Assembly (NCBI GenBank): GCA_017429285.1
Contig: JAFRPF010000031.1
Coordinates: forward strand, 75,388-139,387
Source of the DNA: Bacilli bacterium
Lineage (GTDB): Bacteria > Bacillota_I > Bacilli_A > RFN20 > CAG-826
Direction of reading: 5' to 3'
Length of the DNA stretch: 64,000 bases
Both the position numbers and the translations under genes were made by a program. The notes below the pieces were generated by a model that was not told where the DNA came from, did not search any database, and was given only the letters and a program-made list of their open reading frames with translations. Position 1 is the first letter of the stretch; the number at the start of each line of letters is the position of its first letter. Positions 9,614-19,345 of the stretch are shown in pieces.

Positions 9614-10633
9614 ATAAGAACATCGAATCACCAAAGGAGAAGAAACGATATTTTTCTTCCACCGCGTGCTTATATAATTCCAAAGTAAATTCTCTTCCTG
9701 CGAAGGCAGAAACGAGCATAATTAATGTTGATTTTGGCAAATGGAAATTAGTAATAATAGCTTCCACCGCTTTAAACTCATAGCCTGGCTGAATGAAGAT
9801 ATTAGTTGCTTCTCTTGTAGGTTTGAAACAATTATATTTTGAATAGTTAGCTTCTAGGGTTCTAACAGAGGTTGTACCGATAGCAATAATACGTTTATGT
9901 TCTGCTTTTGCTTTATTTAATCTAGTAGCAGCATCTTCACTTATCTCATAAACTTCGCTATGCATAACATGATCTTTAGTGTCTTCCACTTTTACTGGTC
10001 TAAATGTTCCAAGACCAATATGAAGTGTAATATCAATAACTTCGATACCTTTAGCTTTTATTCTTTCAAATAGTTCTTCTGTAAAATGGAAACCAGCTGT
10101 CGGTGCGGCTGCACTTCCTTCATATTTCGCATAGACAGTTTGATATCGATCGTTTTCACATAATTGCTCTCTTATATAAGGTGGTAATGGCATTTTACCT
10201 AACTGATCTAAGACTTCTAAAAAGATTCCATCATAGAAGAATTTAAATACTCTAATGCCTTCTTCTCTTTCTTCGATACATTCCGCAATAAGCTTTCCAT
10301 CCCCAAAATCGACTCTTGCACCAACTTTTAAAGATTTAGCGGGTCTAGTTAAGCATTCCCAATTATCGCCTTCTATTTGCTTTAAAAGAAGTAATTCGCA
10401 ATGCGCTCCAGTCTTTTCTTTAATACCTAATAATCTTGCAGGAATAACTTTCGTGTTATTTCTTACTAAAACATCTCCCTCATGGAGATAATCGATTATA
10501 TCGAAGAAATGTTTATCTTCATATTTTTTCTCTTTTAAATTTACCGCTAAAAGACGAGATTCGTCTCTTTTCTTAGCGGGTGTTTGAGCGATCAATTCTT
10601 CAGGAAGATAAAAATCAAATAGATTAATATTCA

Positions 10634-10634
<1 letters not shown>
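9603..10634 (-). CDS. queA: S-adenosylmethionine:tRNA ribosyltransferase-isomerase
   Basis: [29 protein letters not shown]...SFGDSMFL is a canonical QueA. The start overlaps the tgt stop (TAATG). Confidence 0.9.
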
Positions 10635-11779
<1,145 letters not shown>

Positions 11780-11940
11780 TTACCATTTAAAAGCAATATG
11801 TTGCTTTGTTCTTATTAATTCATAGAAAATTTGTTTCTTTCTGAAAATGATGTTGTGTAGGTTATATATGTTAAGACGAAATATGACGCCACGAACGTCG
11901 AATTTGTAACAATATCTCAGGTGGTGATTTTGCCTATATT

Positions 11941-12855
11941 TTATTTGCGTTTAATTTCTTCCAAAACTAAAGGAAGAATATCAACAACTTTAATATAATT
12001 TGAAAAGTTCTTTTCTATAGTATTTGTGACAACTAAGTCCGCCACTTTTGATCTTCTTAATTTAGTTAAGCACCCTTTTGATAAAACAGCGTGTGTTGCT
12101 GAAACAAGCACCTTTTGTGCTCCATTTTTGTGCAAAAGTTCGCTAGCTGATGCAATTGTGCCACCTGTATCAATAATGTCATCGATGAGAATACAAATCT
12201 TTCCTTTGACTTGTTCAGCATCAATTTCTAAGTGTTCTGCTCTATTAGCTTGAGGACGTACTTTATCTAAGATGACTATATCGATTCCACCTAGTTCTCT
12301 AGATAGCATATCTGCTCTTGTATTGCTACCATGATCAGGTGATACAATGACCACATTTTTTGGGTCGATATGATGAACATTAAAATAGTGAGTATAGTAT
12401 TGTGCAAATAATCTTGTTGTAGGTTTATTGGTTACGCGATGTTTGAAGAAGCCTTCGATCAATGGATGATGCAAGTCAAAACATGTTAAATCGTCAAAAT
12501 CAGCGGTATCAACAAGCTTAGCGACAACCTCACAACTCACAGGTTCGTTAATCCAACTAACTCTTTCTTGTCTGGAGTAGGCAAAATAAGGCATAAATAG
12601 TTTTATTGATCTAGCGCCCGCTCTTTTTACAGAATCGAGTAATAACAATAAAGAGAATAGTTCTTCGTTCACGTTTTTAGATGTGGATTGAACAATAATG
12701 ACATCTTTATCTTTCACATCAGAAGAACTCTTCACCATGATTTCACCATCAGCAAAAGTCTTTTTATATATCTTTCCTAATTCCGCATTTAAAGAATTAG
12801 CAATTTCTTTTGCTAAGTTTTTATTACCAGAAATGGAGAAAACAATATAATTCAT
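11941..12855 (-). CDS. prs: Ribose-phosphate pyrophosphokinase (PRPP synthetase)
   Basis: Contains FADGEI, YFAYSRQER, VSPDHGS and the DDIIDTGGT PRPP-binding loop. Confidence 0.9.
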   Translation of the reverse strand: MNYIVFSISGNKNLAKEIANSLNAELGKIYKKTFADGEIMVKSSSDVKDKDVIIVQSTSKNVNEELFSLLLLLDSVKRAGARSIKLFMPYFAYSRQERVSWINEPVSCEVVAKLVDTADFDDLTCFDLHHPLIEGFFKHRVTNKPTTRLFAQYYTHYFNVHHIDPKNVVIVSPDHGSNTRADMLSRELGGIDIVILDKVRPQANRAEHLEIDAEQVKGKICILIDDIIDTGGTIASASELLHKNGAQKVLVSATHAVLSKGCLTKLRRSKVADLVVTNTIEKNFSNYIKVVDILPLVLEEIKRK

Positions 12856-12856
12856 A

Positions 12857-13441
12857 TTACATGTAATATTTGACCGCGATTAAAGCCATTTGTTTGTTGG
12901 TAGCATATTCATTGCCAACACGATTACTATCAAATTCTAAGCCCTTACTTCTAACATAGTTAGCAAATTCTTTAGTGGGGAACCAATAACGAAAATCTTT
13001 ATTGATAAAATTATAGTTTGATTCAAAACCATTATAAGTGAATGGAAGATAATATAATTTTCCATTATAGAATTTAAAATTTTCAGGCATGAAATCTAAT
13101 CTAATCTTTTCTCTTCTTCCATACCATTCATCACTTAAAAGAGCTTTATAGATTAATTCATCTTTAATATCTTCTTTAAGAAGCATTTCAAATACAGTGG
13201 GTCCTTCAATATAATCCACCACGCTGATCATTTGGTTTTTATCAAATAAATAAACTTTAGGAATATCAATTGCAGTAATCTTTAAACGATGCTGATGATC
13301 AACAAACTTTTGAAAATCTTCTTTCTTCTCATATTTCTTTAGAAAAAACAATTTTCCTTTTCTTTCAACTTTATAAGAATGATCGCCTAATTTTTCTATG
13401 ACAACAAATTCTTTTCTTTTGATTTCAATAATCTCAGTCAT
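12857..13441 (-). CDS. Small (194 aa) protein-kinase-fold-like hypothetical protein
   Basis: Carries a possible beta3 Lys (LFFLKKY), a hinge-like VVDYIEGPT and a catalytic-loop-like LDFMPENF (D-x-x-P-x-N). There is 1 nt between its stop and the prs start. Confidence 0.5.
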   Translation of the reverse strand: MTEIIEIKRKEFVVIEKLGDHSYKVERKGKLFFLKKYEKKEDFQKFVDHQHRLKITAIDIPKVYLFDKNQMISVVDYIEGPTVFEMLLKEDIKDELIYKALLSDEWYGRREKIRLDFMPENFKFYNGKLYYLPFTYNGFESNYNFINKDFRYWFPTKEFANYVRSKGLEFDSNRVGNEYATNKQMALIAVKYYM

Positions 13442-13544
13442 GGCATTATTATCTTATAATTTCTTATAAAATTAAAGATAGCAAATCTTCTTTATATAGT
13501 TTTTTATTTTAATAAAGCATAAAATTTATAGGAGGTTTTTAATT

Positions 13545-14738
13545 ATGGAACACATTGAAAGATTTATAAGATACGCGAAGATTGATACTCAATCTAACGA
13601 TAAAACAGGAACCACTCCCTCTACAGAAAAACAAAAGAACTTATCTAGATTATTAGTTAATGAATTAAAAGAATTAGGCCTAGAAGATGCTTATATGGAT
13701 GAATATGGCATTGTCTATGCTCATAAGAAAGGTGAAGGCGATAAAATCGGCTTAAACGCTCATGTCGATACTGCTTTAGAAGTCACTGACACTAATGTAA
13801 ATCCACAAATCCATAAAAACTTTGATGGAGTAAGTGTCAAATTAAATGACAAATTAGTATTATCGTCCGAACAATTCCCAATTCTTAAGAATTTTAAGGG
13901 CTGTGATTTAATCACTACTGACGGAAATACACTTTTAGGCGCTGATGATAAAGCGGGTATCGCTATTATTATGTCTGCTTTAGCCTATTTCCATACTCAT
14001 CCAGAGGTGAAACACCATAATATTTCTGTTTCATTTACTGTGGATGAAGAGATTGGAGAGGGTGCAAAACATTTCTCCTTAGAAAAGATGGATGCAGATT
14101 ATGCATTTACCATTGATGGAGCCCATCCTTCTAATGTCGATTTTGAAAATTTTAACGCTAAACATTTTGAAATGGATATCGATGGAGTCAGTGTTCATCC
14201 AGGCGAAGGAAAAGGCAGATTAATTAACGCTGTTTTAATGCTCAATGAATTCTTAAATATGATGCCTAAAAATGACACACCTTATGAAGCTAATGAAGAT
14301 GAGGGATTCTGGCATTTAACAGGCGTAAATGGGTCAAGTGATAAAGTCCATGTAGAATTCATTTTAAGGGACTTTTGCAAGGAAAAACTCTTAAAACGCG
14401 TTGAAATTATCGAAAATAGCATCCAAACATTACTCAAGAAATATCCTGCGATCAAAATCAAATATGACATCGTTGATCAATATGAAAATATGAGACAATA
14501 TGTCGATAAAAATCCAAAACCAGTGGAAGTTGCAAAAGCAGCTTTAAGAAAGAACGGTATAGAACCTGTTTCTTCTAAAATTAGAGGCGGCACAGACGGT
14601 GCTACCTTCTCCAAAATGGGCTTAGTAACTCCAAACTTAGGAACAGGAAGTTATAACCATCATGGACGATATGAATTCTTAGTGATTCAAGAGTTTGAAA
14701 AGATGATCCAGGTGGTCATTGATATTCTCAAAATATAA
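13545..14738 (+). CDS. pepT: Peptidase T (tripeptide aminopeptidase, M20B)
   Basis: ERFIRYAKIDTQS, LGADDKAGIA and FTVDEEIG are PepT hallmarks. An AGGAGG RBS sits at 13530-13535. Confidence 0.9.
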   Translation: MEHIERFIRYAKIDTQSNDKTGTTPSTEKQKNLSRLLVNELKELGLEDAYMDEYGIVYAHKKGEGDKIGLNAHVDTALEVTDTNVNPQIHKNFDGVSVKLNDKLVLSSEQFPILKNFKGCDLITTDGNTLLGADDKAGIAIIMSALAYFHTHPEVKHHNISVSFTVDEEIGEGAKHFSLEKMDADYAFTIDGAHPSNVDFENFNAKHFEMDIDGVSVHPGEGKGRLINAVLMLNEFLNMMPKNDTPYEANEDEGFWHLTGVNGSSDKVHVEFILRDFCKEKLLKRVEIIENSIQTLLKKYPAIKIKYDIVDQYENMRQYVDKNPKPVEVAKAALRKNGIEPVSSKIRGGTDGATFSKMGLVTPNLGTGSYNHHGRYEFLVIQEFEKMIQVVIDILKI

Positions 14739-14742
14739 AAAT

Positions 14743-14771
14743 AAAACCGCAGGGGTAATGCCTTGCGGTTT
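14743..14771. terminator. Bidirectional rho-independent terminator between pepT and the aquaporin gene
   Basis: AAACCGCAGG-ggtaatg-CCTTGCGGTTT forms a hairpin with one bulge, flanked by an A-run and a T-run. Confidence 0.8.
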
Positions 14772-14792
14772 CATTTATTAAAGGTGAAATAA

Positions 14793-15515
14793 TTATTTCG
14801 CTTCTTCTTTGCCTTTTAATAATTTCCAAACGAGGGCTGCTAAAGCGGCACCGATGAATGGGCCAATAACGCAAGCGATCATTGTTAAGAAGTCAGCTTT
14901 GACAGCGTCACCACCATTGAACATGTGGAACACTAAAGCGGATAAAGCTCTAGCTGGGTTAACGGATGTACCAGTTAATGGAATACCTAATAAGTGGACT
15001 CCAAATAAAGCTAAACCGATAACGATACCAGCAACTGGGCCCCATTCTTTCTTACTTGTAGCGCCTAAAACGGCCATGATGAATAAGAAAGTTAAAACGA
15101 CTTCGGCTAAAAGACCTAACATCACAACACCAAAGGTGTATGAGTCAGCTTGAGTAATAGCAACAAAGGCATTTAAGCTATTGGAACCTGTGGCTTTGAC
15201 TCCCATGAAAATTAAAGCAAGAATGCCACTACCAACGAAAGCGCCTAAAACTTGCGCACAGCAATAGATAGCGAATTCTTTCCAGGTGATATCACCACGG
15301 ATAGCCATCGCTAAAGAAACTGCTGGGTTAGCATGTCCGCCAGAGATTTGGCCGACAGAGTAAGCTAAGACAACGATGGATAAACCAAAGGCGGCAGCTG
15401 TAGCAACAACTGAACCTGCATCGGCAGCATTACAATTAACACCGATGGCAACACCGCAGCCGATGAGCACTAAGAACATAGTGGCTAAACATTCACTAAT
15501 AAATTTCTTCAACAT
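14793..15515 (-). CDS. MIP-family channel (aquaporin or glycerol facilitator)
   Basis: Two NPA boxes (SGGHANPAVS and SVNPARA) and six predicted hydrophobic helices. Confidence 0.9.
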   Translation of the reverse strand: MLKKFISECLATMFLVLIGCGVAIGVNCNAADAGSVVATAAAFGLSIVVLAYSVGQISGGHANPAVSLAMAIRGDITWKEFAIYCCAQVLGAFVGSGILALIFMGVKATGSNSLNAFVAITQADSYTFGVVMLGLLAEVVLTFLFIMAVLGATSKKEWGPVAGIVIGLALFGVHLLGIPLTGTSVNPARALSALVFHMFNGGDAVKADFLTMIACVIGPFIGAALAALVWKLLKGKEEAK

Positions 15516-15575
15516 AAGTAATTAATTCCTTTCCTAGCAAATTATAGTTCCTGAATCAATAAAATAAAATAATAA

Positions 15576-15602
15576 AAAGTAAAAAGAGGTAATATTTACC
15601 TC
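15576..15602 (-). terminator. Rho-independent terminator after the rubredoxin gene
   Basis: On the minus strand GAGGTAA-ata-TTACCTC (15586-15602) is followed by TTTTT. Confidence 0.75.
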
Positions 15603-15609
15603 AATTTTA

Positions 15610-15747
15610 TTAATCTATCTTTTCAAACAAGTCTTTTCCGACTCCACAGACTGGACAGGTGAAGTCTTCTGGTAACTCTTCTTCTTCGGTTTCATAAACA
15701 TAACCGCAGACTGTGCATTTGAAATGATGCATTTTTTTCTCATCCAT
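15610..15747 (-). CDS. Shortened rubredoxin-type protein (45 aa)
   Basis: [45 protein letters not shown] carries CxxCG...CPxCG. The ATG at 15747 is preceded by an AGGAGGA RBS that overlaps the upstream stop. Confidence 0.8.
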   Translation of the reverse strand: MDEKKMHHFKCTVCGYVYETEEEELPEDFTCPVCGVGKDLFEKID

Positions 15748-15760
15748 TCGATATTTCCTC

Positions 15761-16897
15761 CTAATTCTTCTCAAAATAAATTCTATAGTAAATACTCTGA
15801 TAATGCGACAAAGATACAACATGACCTTTATCATCGACATCGGTATCTGTGTCTATATAAGACGTTGTTCCTTCTTTTTGCCCAAAAGTTTTTAAATACC
15901 AATCGTTAACTTTATCCCCAAAGTCCGCTAAGAAGGCTTGTCCTTTCCAGTGTTCATAAATGTAATGGAAGTTTTTTAAAACATCATCACTATGTAATGA
16001 ATTCACATAGTTAATGTCATCTTTATTATCACTTAATATCACTAAATCAATAATTCGATCAATCGTGTTGTAATAAGCAGAATATCTAATATATGGATCG
16101 CTACTTCTTAAACATATTTCACTAGCTAATATCTGTGCGTCATCTTCTCTCATTACTCCTAAACCATGACACATCTCATGGGCGATATAAAATGGCTTTT
16201 CACCATTCGTGGAGAAAGTGGAATAATTAGCTTCTCCTAAAGGACCAAAATACATACCAACGATTGATACTGTCGTAAAGAGATGAGAACTTAATAAAGG
16301 CTTTGCCTTTGGAGCGATAGAAAAATAATAAGGATTATCTAATTTAGCGAATTCTTTTCTTAAGTTAGAAATTAAAATCTCATCAGTGTAAGGGGCTTTT
16401 ATTTCTCCTTTTTCATCAATTCCTAATTCGTTTACACAGTGATTCATATCTTCTACAAAGTAGGAAGCAATATCTTTAAATTTTGCTTTATCAATTTCCC
16501 CCGTATATCTATCCACTGGTAAGGCTTTTCTTTTATAAGCCATACCCACACTTAAATCGTAAACCGCTATTGTGGAGACAATCACTAAAGTAACTAATAA
16601 GAAACGATTAATCGCTTCCCAATATTTCTTATTACCTAATAAGCAAAATCCCCAGGACAAATAGATAATTGAAAAAATAATTAAAGATATAACACTTATC
16701 TCCGTTAAAGATAAACGGAAGGCTTCGTTAATAGTTCTAAATACATTCGCATAGCCTTTTCCAAAGCTTCTCGTCCAAGCTTCCGCTATATCGCTATTAT
16801 TTGATAAAACATTCATTACAATCATTAAAATGATTACCATGATTAAAACGATAGTCATAATCACAAAACCTTTATGATTTTTCATGAATTTTTTCAT
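15761..16897 (-). CDS. Membrane-anchored putative Zn-metallopeptidase (DUF3810-like)
   Basis: N-terminal TM helices plus an HEMCH (HExxH) motif. The family assignment is from memory only. Confidence 0.6.
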   Translation of the reverse strand: MKKFMKNHKGFVIMTIVLIMVIILMIVMNVLSNNSDIAEAWTRSFGKGYANVFRTINEAFRLSLTEISVISLIIFSIIYLSWGFCLLGNKKYWEAINRFLLVTLVIVSTIAVYDLSVGMAYKRKALPVDRYTGEIDKAKFKDIASYFVEDMNHCVNELGIDEKGEIKAPYTDEILISNLRKEFAKLDNPYYFSIAPKAKPLLSSHLFTTVSIVGMYFGPLGEANYSTFSTNGEKPFYIAHEMCHGLGVMREDDAQILASEICLRSSDPYIRYSAYYNTIDRIIDLVILSDNKDDINYVNSLHSDDVLKNFHYIYEHWKGQAFLADFGDKVNDWYLKTFGQKEGTTSYIDTDTDVDDKGHVVSLSHYQSIYYRIYFEKN

Positions 16898-16997
16898 ATA
16901 TTCAGTTTACTTAATTTTGTATCTAACTCAAATAAAATATAACTTTGTTATTTTGATTTGAACAAAGGAGGTAAGAAATATATACTTAAAGAAGATT

Positions 16998-17543
16998 ATG
17001 AAATCTAGATTTGTTCTTGAACTTATTATTAATTCCATCGTCATCCTCTTATTTTTAGGAGCGGGTATTTCGGTATTTATTCTTAATCAAACCGCGGAAG
17101 AATATAGTTATATTCTCTTAGGAACCATTTCTATTATCGTCGGTGTTTGTAAAGGTGTTATCTATCTCCTTAACGGAGGTATTCATAATCATAAAAACGT
17201 CACCTTTGTCACATCCGTAGGAATGATCTTTTTAGGATTATTCTTCTTTTTAGGAAATAAAGATATTGATACCTTATGTTTCGGTTGGGGATTAATGGAA
17301 TTAATGATTGGTCTTATCGAAGTTTATATCGATATCTTAGAAACTTCAGAAGGTAAAAAGACCGCTCCATTTGAAATGATGGTTAATATCGGAAGTATCG
17401 TCTTTGCGATCTTACTTTGTATTAAAACTGGAGATGGATTAAAAGCACATTTAATCTTCTTAAGCATAAGCTTAGTACTTAACGCCTTAATCCATGCTTC
17501 AACGATCTATAAAACTATTAAAGAGAGAAATAATAATGATTAA
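16998..17543 (+). CDS. Small integral membrane protein (5-6 TM), function unknown
   Basis: Hydrophobic throughout. Its 3' end overlaps the start of the nucleoside hydrolase gene by 8 nt. Confidence 0.7.
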   Translation: MKSRFVLELIINSIVILLFLGAGISVFILNQTAEEYSYILLGTISIIVGVCKGVIYLLNGGIHNHKNVTFVTSVGMIFLGLFFFLGNKDIDTLCFGWGLMELMIGLIEVYIDILETSEGKKTAPFEMMVNIGSIVFAILLCIKTGDGLKAHLIFLSISLVLNALIHASTIYKTIKERNNND

Positions 17544-18462
17544 AAATATCGTTTTAGATTGTGATCCTGGGCATGATGATGCAATTGCCATCCTTTTAGC
17601 GGGGCAAAAAGACAAAATTAATTTATTAGGTATATCTGTGGCCGCGGGTAATCAAACAATTAAGAAAACCGCGATTAACGCTTTAAACGTGGCTTCTTAC
17701 TTAAATATTGATGTTCCTATCGCTATTGGTTGTGAATTTCCAATCGTTAAAGAAAGGGTCATCTGTGCTTCTATACACGGAGAAAGTGGATTAGATGGCT
17801 TTGATTTTCCAAAACCAAAACAAAGTTTTGATAAAAGACATGGTGTGCAATTAATCATTGATTCCATCATGAATAATGATGATGTCACTATGGTGTGTAC
17901 CGGTCCTTTAACTAATCTTGCTCTAGCAATGAGATTAGAACCTAAAATTGTTTCTCGAATTAAAGAAATAGTTTTAATGGGTGGCTCCATAGATAACGGA
18001 AATACTTCTCCAGCTGCCGAATTCAATATCATGTGTGACGCAGAAGCAGCACATATCGTCTTTAATTCTGGTGTCAGTATCAAAATGATTGGTTTAAATG
18101 TCACTAGAAAAGTATTGGTGAGTGATAAAGTTATTTCTAGAATGGAAAAAATCAATAATTCCGCTAGTGAGATGTTCACTAAATTAATGAAAGTGTTCAA
18201 CGAGAACCAAAGAAAGACATTTGGCATTGAGGCGGGACCTTTACATGATCCAGCCACTATTGCGTGTTTATTCGATGATAAAGTTATTAAATTCCAGTCC
18301 ATGAATGTGGAAATAGATATTAATCATGGATCAAGTTATGGAAGAACTAACTGCGATGTATTTGATTATCTCCATAAACCACATAACTGTTTAGTAGCCA
18401 TGGATATCGATGTTAATCGTTATTGGGATGTCATCGAAGAAGGTTTAAGATATTACAAATGA
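17536..18462 (+). CDS. Inosine/uridine-preferring nucleoside hydrolase family protein
   Basis: MIKNIVLDCDPGHDDAIAILLA is the DxDxxxDD Ca-binding fingerprint. I prefer the ATG at 17536 to the upstream track start. Confidence 0.9.
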   Translation: MIKNIVLDCDPGHDDAIAILLAGQKDKINLLGISVAAGNQTIKKTAINALNVASYLNIDVPIAIGCEFPIVKERVICASIHGESGLDGFDFPKPKQSFDKRHGVQLIIDSIMNNDDVTMVCTGPLTNLALAMRLEPKIVSRIKEIVLMGGSIDNGNTSPAAEFNIMCDAEAAHIVFNSGVSIKMIGLNVTRKVLVSDKVISRMEKINNSASEMFTKLMKVFNENQRKTFGIEAGPLHDPATIACLFDDKVIKFQSMNVEIDINHGSSYGRTNCDVFDYLHKPHNCLVAMDIDVNRYWDVIEEGLRYYK

Positions 18463-19340
18463 AAAAGATATTAGTTATCGGTAGTATCAGTATCGATAAT
18501 GTCACCTATACAAATAACTTACCTCAACCAGGAATGACTGTTTATGGTGAGTCTTTTTTATCTAATGTTGGTGGTAAAGGCGCTAACCAAGCATGCGCTA
18601 TAAAACGCTTAGGTGGAGATGTTGATTTCTATGGTGCGGTTGGCGATGATAATAACGGAAAAATCGTCAAAAACTTTCTAAATAGTGAGGATTTAAGTAG
18701 TTTTTTAAAGATTTCAAAGCTTTCCACAGGTGTCGCTAGCATCACTATCGATATGAAATCTGCGGAGAATAGAATTGTTATTGTCCCTGGTGCAAATAGG
18801 GATTTAACAATCGATGATATTGATCAAATTGATTTTAAAAAATATAGCGTTTTATTAATCCAATTAGAGATATTAATTCCTTCTGTTATTCACGCGATGA
18901 AAAAAGCTAAAGAGAATGGATTAATAGTGGTTTTAAATCCTGCTCCATATAACGAATTAGATAATAAGGTTTATCAATATATCGATTTCTTTATTCCAAA
19001 TGAACATGAATTAGAACAATTCACTCCTGACACTAAAGGTGATTATTTACTAAGAGCCAAATCTCTAGTAAGTCAGGGAATTAAAAATGTCATTGTTACA
19101 TTAGGTGAAAAAGGAAGTTTGTTTGTAAATAGTAAAGAACATTTCTATATAGAACCGCATAAAGTCAAAGCTATCGATACCACAGGTGCAGGAGATTCTT
19201 ATTGTGGGGCTTTTGTCACCGCTTTAAATAATGGTGCTAGTATCAAAATAGCGATGGAATTTGCTAGTAAAGCAAGTTCTATTACAGTCACAAGAAAAGG
19301 AGCGATCGCTTCGCTCCCATATCTTAAAGATATCAAATAA
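18459..19340 (+). CDS. rbsK: Ribokinase (PfkB family)
   Basis: GGKGANQA, NEHE and DTTGAGDSYCGAF motifs are present. The start forms an ATGA overlap with the hydrolase stop. Confidence 0.85.
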   Translation: MKKILVIGSISIDNVTYTNNLPQPGMTVYGESFLSNVGGKGANQACAIKRLGGDVDFYGAVGDDNNGKIVKNFLNSEDLSSFLKISKLSTGVASITIDMKSAENRIVIVPGANRDLTIDDIDQIDFKKYSVLLIQLEILIPSVIHAMKKAKENGLIVVLNPAPYNELDNKVYQYIDFFIPNEHELEQFTPDTKGDYLLRAKSLVSQGIKNVIVTLGEKGSLFVNSKEHFYIEPHKVKAIDTTGAGDSYCGAFVTALNNGASIKIAMEFASKASSITVTRKGAIASLPYLKDIK

Positions 19341-19345
19341 TCTTA

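Noticed and set aside
15610-15840. The 76-aa version of the rubredoxin ORF
   Set aside because: The N-terminal 31 codons overlap the 3' end of the 378-aa gene in another frame. The ATG at 15747 has its own AGGAGGA RBS and gives a sensible rubredoxin length.
17697-18302. A 201-aa minus-strand ORF
   Set aside because: It lies entirely antisense to the well-supported nucleoside hydrolase gene, and has no RBS or motif.
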